From positions 1-14,424 of the forward strand of contig JBDKFG010000092.1 of the NCBI GenBank assembly GCA_039798785.1: a stretch of 14,424 nt of DNA. The letters are read 5' to 3'. The stretch is from Verrucomicrobiota bacterium (GTDB lineage Bacteria; Verrucomicrobiota; Lentisphaeria; Lentisphaerales; Lentisphaeraceae). Both the position numbers and the translations under genes were made by a program. Below the pieces are notes generated by a model that was not told where the DNA came from, ran no database searches, and worked only from the letters and a program-made list of their open reading frames with translations. Positions within the stretch are counted from its first letter, which is position 1, and each line of letters starts with the position of its first letter. This document shows positions 1 through 6,609 of this stretch, in pieces.

Positions 1-10
1 TCGGGAATCC

Positions 11-80
11 GATTCAAGATTCAAAATTCAAGATTCAACAGAACGCGAACAAAATCAAAGATTTAACATTCAAGACTAAA
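11..80. repeat. Heptamer tandem repeat (GATTCAA-type) with a second degenerate block
   Basis: 11-38 reads gattcaa gattcaa aattcaa gattcaa; 60-80 reads gatttaa cattcaa gactaaa. Confidence 0.85.
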
Positions 81-330
81 GGCTGACTCACAGCTTCAAT
101 TTCGGAATCGAGGATGAATTTGTTCTTCCAGAAAGACTTGTGGATCCTGAACTTTGCCAAGAGTCCTTCGGATATCATAACCTATTGCTGTTGTAGCTAA
201 AGTTTCCAAACTTCCAGCCTTTCAACTGTGTTTTTTGGCTTCACTCTGGATTTCATTTTTGACCTTCTTACGATCTTGAGAGTCAAGAGTTCTGGAGCAC
301 TCCAATGGGCGTAGGTTTCAAGTTGGCCGT

Positions 331-460
331 TCTGCTGTACTATACTGCGCTATACTTTAGTGTGCCATATGCCTTGGCTTGCGTTTGTGGGTAGCTGTTC
401 TTAATTTGTAGTGTAGTATAGTATACTGTGGTGGTGCGAACCATGCATACTATAATAGAC
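331..460. repeat. Two inverted arrays of 5-bp repeats (TRTRC-like / GTRTA-like); candidate centromere/operator of the downstream wHTH-tubulin pair
   Basis: 331-365: tctgc tgtac tatac tgcgc tatac tttag tgtgc. 406-425: ttgta gtgta gtata gtata. 446-460: catac tataa tagac. 336-354 is the imperfect reverse complement of 407-425. The repeats are seen directly; the function is inferred. Confidence 0.6.
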
Positions 461-476
461 TTTGCTACAAAGGAGG
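451..476 (+). promoter_or_regulatory. Perfect -10 hexamer (TATAAT) and a Shine-Dalgarno-like AGGAGG upstream of the wHTH gene
   Basis: TATAAT at 451-456 and AGGAGG at 471-476. No consensus -35 at the expected spacing (gtggtg at 428-433). Confidence 0.4.
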
Positions 477-516
477 TCTTGGCAAAAATGGAATAGGGGG
501 ATAGAATCGGCGGCTT

Positions 517-840
517 ATGGAAGAACTCTTCAACAAACAGATTGCGGGCTTGGAGCGGGCACATTTTCTGGTGCTGTATTGGACAGCGCTGGGAGAGGAC
601 CAGAAGAAGGCCTACAACATCACCAACGTCTTCGATGATTTGAAGGCGTGCGGGGTGACGCGGACAAAGCAGAGTGCAGTGGCCTTTGTGGAGGCATTAG
701 CGGCGCTATGTTTCGTCGAGCTGCGTGGAGAGAGCAACCGCAAGAACTTGTATCTGACTGATTTCGGGGCGCAGGCGCTGCAGCGGCTGGCGACGAGCGG
801 GAAGTACAAACTAGAGAAATCACAAAGCATTGAAGGATGA
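517..840 (+). CDS. Small winged helix-turn-helix DNA-binding protein (TubR-like by size and position)
   Basis: 107 aa. Helical N-terminus, HTH-like segment (NITNVFDDLK...TKQSAVAFVEALAALCFVE) and the typical wing/terminal-helix pattern 'FVELRGESNRKNLYLTDFGAQAL' (Y-x-T-x-x-G). Its stop abuts or overlaps the start of the tubulin-like gene. Confidence 0.75.
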   Translation: MEELFNKQIAGLERAHFLVLYWTALGEDQKKAYNITNVFDDLKACGVTRTKQSAVAFVEALAALCFVELRGESNRKNLYLTDFGAQALQRLATSGKYKLEKSQSIEG

Positions 841-1954
841 AACCATGGTAATCGGCATTGGTGGTGCAGGCGGCCGCATTGCGGCGCAGATCGACGGCAA
901 CAACGCAGCGGTGAACGTCAGCGAAGCAGAGCTGTCGCGTCTGCCGGTGACGCACAAGATCCACGCCTTCGCCAGCACCGAGAAGGGTGAATTGAAAGGA
1001 TCGCGAAAGGATCCGCAGCTTGGACGTGCTGCATTCAACCAGGTCCGCGCCCAGTTGCTGCCGATGAGCAAGGGAAACACCGTCATCGCCTCCTCGGGCG
1101 GCGGCACCGGCAACGGCATCAGCGCCCAACTTCTCGAGACCTTTGCCAGCTGGAAGGAGCTGCCGGAAGCAGATCGCACCCAGTTTGTCATCGTCCTTCC
1201 CTACGGCCAGCGCGAGCCGCTGGAATACGTCGAAAACACCATCGAGTTCCTGCAAGGGCCCTTGAGTAAGGCGGTGGATAGCGGCAACACCGGCAACATC
1301 ATCTTGGTCAGCAACCGTCTGAAATTCGAAAAGCGGATGACCGAAGAAGCATTCAATAAAAAAATCGCCGAATCCTTGGCGCAGCTCGATGCCATACCCG
1401 GCAAGGGGGACACGCTGGAGCTTCTCGAAGGCCACATCGACCCCGAGGACTTCAAGGCCTTCCGTCAGAAATCCTTCTTCAACTACTTCACCTGCTTCGA
1501 CTACGATCCGAGCCGCTGGTTCGGAGAACAGCTCGATCAGCACTACAACGAACTGCTGTTGCGTCCCGATGCCCCGATTGAAGCCTTGTTCCTGCTGGAA
1601 GTGCCGGCAGGTCAGGACGCCGCGATGTTCTACAACATCCTCGACCATTTCGCCACGCAGAAAGTGCAGCCGCACTACAGCGTCGTCCGCAACCCGCAGT
1701 TGCAGATCCCCCGCGTCAGCGTCAGCCTGCTCTACTCGCGCAAGCCGGTGGACCTGGTCAACGACTATCGCCGAGTCAATGAGGAAATGACTCGCACCAA
1801 GGTCGGGCGTCACATCGAACAGCAGCGCAGCCCTGCGATGGCGACACTGGAGGTCCGTCTCGAGGAGGACACCAGGCGCTTGTCGCAGGAGACCGGCGGC
1901 AAGGTCGATGAAGTCACCGCCGTGCTCCGCCGAATCGGCAAATTGCGCGGCTGA
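830..1954 (+). CDS. Divergent tubulin/FtsZ-superfamily GTPase (TubZ-like; not canonical FtsZ)
   Basis: Motifs occur in tubulin-family order: T1 VIGIGGAGGRIA, T2 AVNVSEAEL, T3 GSRKDPQLGRAA, T4 signature GGGTGNG (nt 1097-1117), T5 VLPYGQRE, T6 LVSNRL, T7-like GHIDPEDF. Start is either TTG 830 or ATG 845 (AAGGA at 833-837 lies 7 nt upstream of 845). Confidence 0.9.
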   Translation: MKDETMVIGIGGAGGRIAAQIDGNNAAVNVSEAELSRLPVTHKIHAFASTEKGELKGSRKDPQLGRAAFNQVRAQLLPMSKGNTVIASSGGGTGNGISAQLLETFASWKELPEADRTQFVIVLPYGQREPLEYVENTIEFLQGPLSKAVDSGNTGNIILVSNRLKFEKRMTEEAFNKKIAESLAQLDAIPGKGDTLELLEGHIDPEDFKAFRQKSFFNYFTCFDYDPSRWFGEQLDQHYNELLLRPDAPIEALFLLEVPAGQDAAMFYNILDHFATQKVQPHYSVVRNPQLQIPRVSVSLLYSRKPVDLVNDYRRVNEEMTRTKVGRHIEQQRSPAMATLEVRLEEDTRRLSQETGGKVDEVTAVLRRIGKLRG

Positions 1955-2109
1955 GACGTCAAGAACTGAAGACGAAGGTGGACGAGCTATGCAGCGAGGC
2001 GGAAATGAAGCCAGGCAAGGAAGGTCGGCGGCGAGGCCGCGGGCATCCTTCCGCCGATCCATCCTGGGGTTGCGGTCACCGGCCGCGCTCATAGAGCTCG
2101 GACGCTGAC

Positions 2110-4536
2110 ATGCCGGCCGCGGCAGCATGGATCTTGATGGGCGGCGTCTGGATGGCGACGGCTCCCGCCGTGCCGCCGCCGGACGCGACCAATCCCCTGA
2201 CGGAAAGGGCCGAGCTGGAAGAGCGGCGGCACAATAACGACGAGGCGGCGCGCCTCTTTGAAGAGGCTGCCCGCCGCAGTGATGATCCCGACCTGGTGTC
2301 GAAAAATCTCTATAATGCGGTGCAGAATCTGCTGGCCATGGGACAGATAGAAGCGGCGAAAGCCCTGGTCGCAGAAATGGCCCGCAGCGGCGGCGGCGGC
2401 GCCGGCGACCTGAAGCGCCGCTACATCGCCCTGGAAGCGGAAATCCGGGTGATGGAGGCGGAAGGAGCCCTTCTCGAAGGCGCCGACCTCATCGACCGCA
2501 GCCGGGCGCTCTATCAAGGCGATCCCGACCTGATCGCACAGATGGAAATCCAGCGCGCCCTGTTGCTTGCTCTCAAGGCCTGGCGCGACAACGACAAGGC
2601 CGCCGCCCGCCTCGCCGAAGACGCGCTCGAGCAGCAGACCCGCCGCAACGACGTCGATCCCCTCGATCTGATCACCATCGATAGCCGGCTCCGCGTCGCC
2701 TCCGGGGAGAATCTCGAGGCCACCGCTGCTTATCTCGAAGCCAACGCTGCCAATTTTGTCAGCCGCGACGAACACTGCCTGCTCCTCGTCCAGACCCTCT
2801 TGCGACTGGAGCGTTATGACCACGCGCACCTGGCAGTGAAGCGGGCCGAAGACGTTCTCAGCAGGCGCACCCTGAAGATCGGCTCGGACGTCCTGCTGCG
2901 CCTGGCCGAAGGCCTCGCCAAACAGGGCAAGAGCGATGCCGCCGCCGACGTCCTCGCAACCTGCAAGCGACTGCTCCGTTTTCCCTCGCAGCACGAGCGC
3001 TGGCAGCTCGCGCTTTTCCGGGTCAAACTGACCAAGCGCGACGCCGCCGCCGCCAGCGCCTGCATGGAACAGCTGCTGAAGGAATTCCCCGCCACCGAGC
3101 ACGAAGCCCAGATGTGCCGCGAACTCGCCAGTCTCGAGATTGAGAACAAGGAGGCGGCCAAGGCCGAAGCGCTGCTCCGCCGCGCCATCGCCACGCCCTC
3201 TCCCCGGATCCTCGGACGCCATCTCGCCGCTCTCGATCTAGGTCGTCTGCTCAAGGACAGCCGTCGCTTCGAGCAGGCCGCCGCCGCCTACCAGAGTGCG
3301 GCGGACTACGCTCCAGATCCGAAAGGCTGGGCCGAGGCCCTGATGAATCGCGCCAGCCTCCTTGAAAAGGGCGAAGGAGCTGCAGCCTTGAAGGCTTTGG
3401 AAGTGTGGGATGTCGTCGCCACCCGCGGTCCCGAACACGAACGCTGTGCCGCCGCCCTCGCCGCTGCCGACTTGCTCACCCGCTTCCGCGATTTCGCCGA
3501 AGCCGGCCGCCGTCTCGAAAAGGCGGAAAAGGCCGCCAGCGACCCGGGCCTCCGTCCCCGCTGGCTGCTCGTCAGCTCCCGCCTCGCCGCCTCCCGCGGC
3601 GAAAGCCGCCAGGCCCAGACCTGGGTGGCTGAATACCTGGAGGCGGAAAAGAATCCGGCCTTGCGCCGCGAGGCCCTCGCCTTGCAATGGCGCCTGGCCT
3701 CGATCGGCGGCGATCAGTCCCTGGCGCGCGCCGCCGCAGCCGGGCTGGTCGCAGCCTGGCGCGATGTCGATCCCGCCGAAGTCCGGATCTGGGAGCATCG
3801 CCTCGCCGCTCTCGCCGCCGCCGCCGGAGAGGAAGCCGCCGGACGCGAAATCCTCGCTCGCAGCGCCGTCGAGCCTGGCACCGGCGCCGGCAGCACCTAT
3901 GCCCTCCTGTCGCTGTCGCAGGAGGGCCCCGAGCGCCGCTTCCATCTCCTCAAGCGGCGACTCGAAAGCGCCAGCGGCGAAGAGCTGGTCAGCGCCCTCG
4001 CCGCCGCCGCTGCCGCCGGGGACCGGCCAGGACTGACTCTGCTCACCAACAGCCTTTCCGGATTGAGCGAGCCCAAGCTCAATGACGCCTCCCGCCTCAA
4101 CGGCCTGCGCGCCTGGTGCCGCCTCGTCGCTGCCGAAGAAAAGGCCGGCAGCACCTGGAGCGGCCTGGCAGCCAAGTTGCGCCCAAGCTTCGTCGGCGAC
4201 CAGGCCAGAAAGGCCGCCGATGCTGAGATCGCCCGCCTCGCCGCCCGCCTCCTGCTGAAGGAGAAGGCGGCTGCCGTCGAGCTGGAGCAAGCTCTCGCGG
4301 CCCTCCCTGATGCCGATAGCGAGGATCTTCTTCTGCGGTCTCGATTGCAAGAGGAGCTGGGAGATCTCGAGGCGGCCCTCAACTCCTGCCTCGAAGTCCA
4401 TTACCGTCTCGCCGGCCAGGAAAGTGCCGGCGGCGGCGGCGACCCCCGCCTCCGCCAAGCCGTCAGGATCCGCGCCGGCGTCCTCGCCACCCGGCTTGGA
4501 CAAGGAGAACTGGCCAGCCGCCTGAGTCAGCCCTAG
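2110..4536 (+). CDS. Large alpha-solenoid / tetratricopeptide-repeat-like protein, possibly exported
   Basis: 808 aa, Ala/Leu/Glu/Arg-rich helical repeats with TPR-like patterns (LGRLLKDSRRFEQAAAAYQSA; LAEGLAKQGKSDAAADVL; LQEELGDLEAALNSCLEV). Hydrophobic N-terminus followed by a Pro-rich linker. Start is uncertain. Confidence 0.7.
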   Translation: MPAAAAWILMGGVWMATAPAVPPPDATNPLTERAELEERRHNNDEAARLFEEAARRSDDPDLVSKNLYNAVQNLLAMGQIEAAKALVAEMARSGGGGAGDLKRRYIALEAEIRVMEAEGALLEGADLIDRSRALYQGDPDLIAQMEIQRALLLALKAWRDNDKAAARLAEDALEQQTRRNDVDPLDLITIDSRLRVASGENLEATAAYLEANAANFVSRDEHCLLLVQTLLRLERYDHAHLAVKRAEDVLSRRTLKIGSDVLLRLAEGLAKQGKSDAAADVLATCKRLLRFPSQHERWQLALFRVKLTKRDAAAASACMEQLLKEFPATEHEAQMCRELASLEIENKEAAKAEALLRRAIATPSPRILGRHLAALDLGRLLKDSRRFEQAAAAYQSAADYAPDPKGWAEALMNRASLLEKGEGAAALKALEVWDVVATRGPEHERCAAALAAADLLTRFRDFAEAGRRLEKAEKAASDPGLRPRWLLVSSRLAASRGESRQAQTWVAEYLEAEKNPALRREALALQWRLASIGGDQSLARAAAAGLVAAWRDVDPAEVRIWEHRLAALAAAAGEEAAGREILARSAVEPGTGAGSTYALLSLSQEGPERRFHLLKRRLESASGEELVSALAAAAAAGDRPGLTLLTNSLSGLSEPKLNDASRLNGLRAWCRLVAAEEKAGSTWSGLAAKLRPSFVGDQARKAADAEIARLAARLLLKEKAAAVELEQALAALPDADSEDLLLRSRLQEELGDLEAALNSCLEVHYRLAGQESAGGGGDPRLRQAVRIRAGVLATRLGQGELASRLSQP

Positions 4537-4564
4537 GCTTCCGAATGCGGATGGTCAATTTTCC

Positions 4565-4625
4565 CAAGTCGTTGATATCAAAGAGAATTTCTGTCTTGAA
4601 TAAAGAGCTTGGACACTTATCTGCT
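4565..4625 (+). promoter_or_regulatory. IHF-consensus site, TTGATATCAA palindrome and a possible sigma54-type GG-N10-GC element upstream of the Moco genes
   Basis: caagtcgttgata (4565-4577) matches YAANNNNTTGATW, the reverse complement of WATCAANNNNTTR. Perfect palindrome at 4572-4581. TGG-acacttatct-GCT has GG at 4611-4612 and GC at 4623-4624. Confidence 0.35.
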
Positions 4626-4659
4626 TTCACGGAATTCTGGAATATTGAAGGAACGCTCC

Positions 4660-5808
4660 ATGTCTCTCGAACAGCACCACGGCAAACCCGGCAAAAAACG
4701 CGATCCCTGGTTCTTTCATCCTTATGAAATCACCTTCTCCGGCTTTTCCGGTTCCGGCAAGACCACTTTGCTGAGCCGCCTCGCCGCGGCTTTCAGCGCC
4801 CAAGGGCGGAGCGTCGGCTACGCCAAACACGACGCCCACCACTTCGAAGTCGATCAGCCCGGCAAGGACACCTTCGTCCTGCGCCAGGCAGGCGCGACCG
4901 CGGCGCTGATCAACAACGATGGCGGCAGCGCCCTGATCAAGAACGGCCCCCTCGGCGATCTCGACCGGGCCACCGCCCTGCTCGACTGCGATCTCGTCCT
5001 GGTCGAAGGCCACAAGCACAATCGCGCCCTGCGCAAATTCGTTCTCCTCGATGCCGCCGGGGAGATGGCCAGGCTGCTGCCTTCGTTGCCGCCGGAAGAG
5101 GTCATCGCCGTCATCAGCCCCGACCTGCAGCTCGCCTCCGGACTGCCTTGGCCGGTGCTCCACCGCGATGACCTGCCGGGCATCCTCGCCGCCGTCGAGG
5201 CCGAGCTCGCCCGCCGCGTCGCCGCCTTGCCGGTGCAGGGCTTGATCCTCTCCGGCGGACGCTCCAGCCGGATGGGGCTCGACAAGGGAGCCCTCGATTA
5301 TCACGGACGCTCGATGATCGCCCAGGCGGCCCGCCTCCTGGCACCTCATTGCGCCGAGATCTTCGTCTCTTGCCGCGCCGAACAGGGCCTGCCGGAGGAT
5401 GCCGCCTCTCTGCCCCGCCTGCACGACGTCTTCCTCGATCTCGGCCCCGCCGGCGGCATCCTCTCGGCCTTCGCCCGCCAGCCGCAGGCCGCCTGGCTGG
5501 TCTTCGCCTGTGATCTTCCCCTGGTCACCCCGGAAGCCCTCAGCCGCCTCTGCGCCGGCCGCAACCCGCTGAAGTTCGCGACGGCTTACAGCTCCACCCA
5601 CGACGGTTTTCCCGAACCTCTCCTCGCTCTCTACGAACCCAAGGCCCGCTGTCGCCTCCTGCAGTTTCTCGCCCTCGGCAAGACCTGCCCGCGCAAGATG
5701 CTGATCAACTCCCCCACCCAGATCCTTCCCGGCTACGGATCCTGGCTCGACAACTGCAACACCCCGGAGGAACGCGCCGCCGCCCTCCGCCAAATCCACC
5801 AAGCCTGA
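4660..5808 (+). CDS. mobAB: Bifunctional molybdopterin-guanine dinucleotide biosynthesis protein, MobB (N-terminal) fused to MobA guanylyltransferase (C-terminal)
   Basis: MobB motifs: GFSGSGKTT Walker A, KHDAHHFEVDQPGKDT, VLVEG. MobA motifs: LILSGGRSSRMGLDKG, GPAGGI, ACDLP, EPLLALY, NCNTPEE. ATG 4660 has AAGGA 7 nt upstream and is preferred over TTG 4609. Confidence 0.92.
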   Translation: MSLEQHHGKPGKKRDPWFFHPYEITFSGFSGSGKTTLLSRLAAAFSAQGRSVGYAKHDAHHFEVDQPGKDTFVLRQAGATAALINNDGGSALIKNGPLGDLDRATALLDCDLVLVEGHKHNRALRKFVLLDAAGEMARLLPSLPPEEVIAVISPDLQLASGLPWPVLHRDDLPGILAAVEAELARRVAALPVQGLILSGGRSSRMGLDKGALDYHGRSMIAQAARLLAPHCAEIFVSCRAEQGLPEDAASLPRLHDVFLDLGPAGGILSAFARQPQAAWLVFACDLPLVTPEALSRLCAGRNPLKFATAYSSTHDGFPEPLLALYEPKARCRLLQFLALGKTCPRKMLINSPTQILPGYGSWLDNCNTPEERAAALRQIHQA

Positions 5809-5821
5809 ACGAGTACTCCCC

Positions 5822-6061
5822 ATGCAATTCAAGCTCCTCTACTTCGCCATCCTCTCCCAGGACGCCGGTCGCAGTTCCGAAACTTTCGACAGTTCGGCCG
5901 CCAGCCCCGCCGCCCTCTACGAAGAGCTGCGCGTCAAACGCCAGCTCCGTCCCCGTTCACCCGCCTGGCGCGTCGCCGTCAACGACAGCTTCGCTCCTTG
6001 GGATTCCCTTCTCAAGGACGGCGACTCCATCGCCTTCATCCCGCCGGTGTCGGGCGGCTGA
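5822..6061 (+). CDS. moaD: Molybdopterin synthase sulfur-carrier subunit
   Basis: 79 aa ubiquitin-like pattern: LLYFA, VAVND, C-terminal AFIPPVSGG; adjacent to moaE. Confidence 0.95.
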   Translation: MQFKLLYFAILSQDAGRSSETFDSSAASPAALYEELRVKRQLRPRSPAWRVAVNDSFAPWDSLLKDGDSIAFIPPVSGG

Positions 6062-6086
6062 GCAATTCGTAATTGTTGAGGTTTCT

Positions 6087-6563
6087 ATGTTCGAAATTTC
6101 CCGCACTCCGATCGATCCGGTCGCGCTTCGCGCCCGCCTCGATGATCCTCGCGCCGGCGGCTTTGTCGCCTTCGAAGGCTGGGTCCGCAATCACAATCTC
6201 GGCAAGGTCGTCACCGCCTTGGAATACCAGGCTTACGACGCCTTGGCGATCAAGGAAGGCGAGGCGATCATCGCCGAAGCCAAGGCCAGATTCGGCATCT
6301 ACGCCGGCCTCGCCGTCCATCACGCAGGTCATCTGCCCATCGGCGGCATCGCCGTCTGGGTCGGGGTCAGCAGCGCCCATCGCGATGCCGCCTTCGACGC
6401 CTGCCGCTACATCATCGACGAGATCAAGGTCCGCGTCCCGGTGTGGAAGAACGAGCATTATCTCGACGGCTCCACCGGCTGGGTCGAATGCCTCGAATGC
6501 GCCGCCAAGGCGAGCCACTCCCCGCAAGGCCACTTCGGCTGCAGCGGCAACCACAAACATTGA
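6087..6563 (+). CDS. moaE: Molybdopterin synthase catalytic subunit
   Basis: GGFVAFEGWVRNHN, LEYQAY, SSAHRDAAFDACRYIIDEIKVRVPVWKNEHY. Confidence 0.95.
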   Translation: MFEISRTPIDPVALRARLDDPRAGGFVAFEGWVRNHNLGKVVTALEYQAYDALAIKEGEAIIAEAKARFGIYAGLAVHHAGHLPIGGIAVWVGVSSAHRDAAFDACRYIIDEIKVRVPVWKNEHYLDGSTGWVECLECAAKASHSPQGHFGCSGNHKH

Positions 6564-6609
6564 GCTCTCTTTAAACCGGCTTCCAAGCTTCCAACCCCCA
6601 CCTGCCCTC

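Noticed and set aside
340..564. 74-aa minus-strand ORF over the repeat region
   Set aside because: It overlaps the wHTH start, and its Thr/Tyr content simply reflects the pentamer repeats.
830..1954. Calling the tubulin-like gene ftsZ
   Set aside because: It lacks the FtsZ-specific NTD/GAGA/NxDFAD motifs and C-terminal peptide, and there is no ftsA/dcw context.
4572..4581. FNR box
   Set aside because: The half-sites TTGAT/ATCAA are present but lack the required 4-bp spacer.
6073..6609. N-terminal extension of the 398-aa ORF (apparent fusion to the hydroxylase)
   Set aside because: Ser/Pro/Arg-rich off-frame translation overlapping moaE; the family-like sequence starts at ATG 6610.
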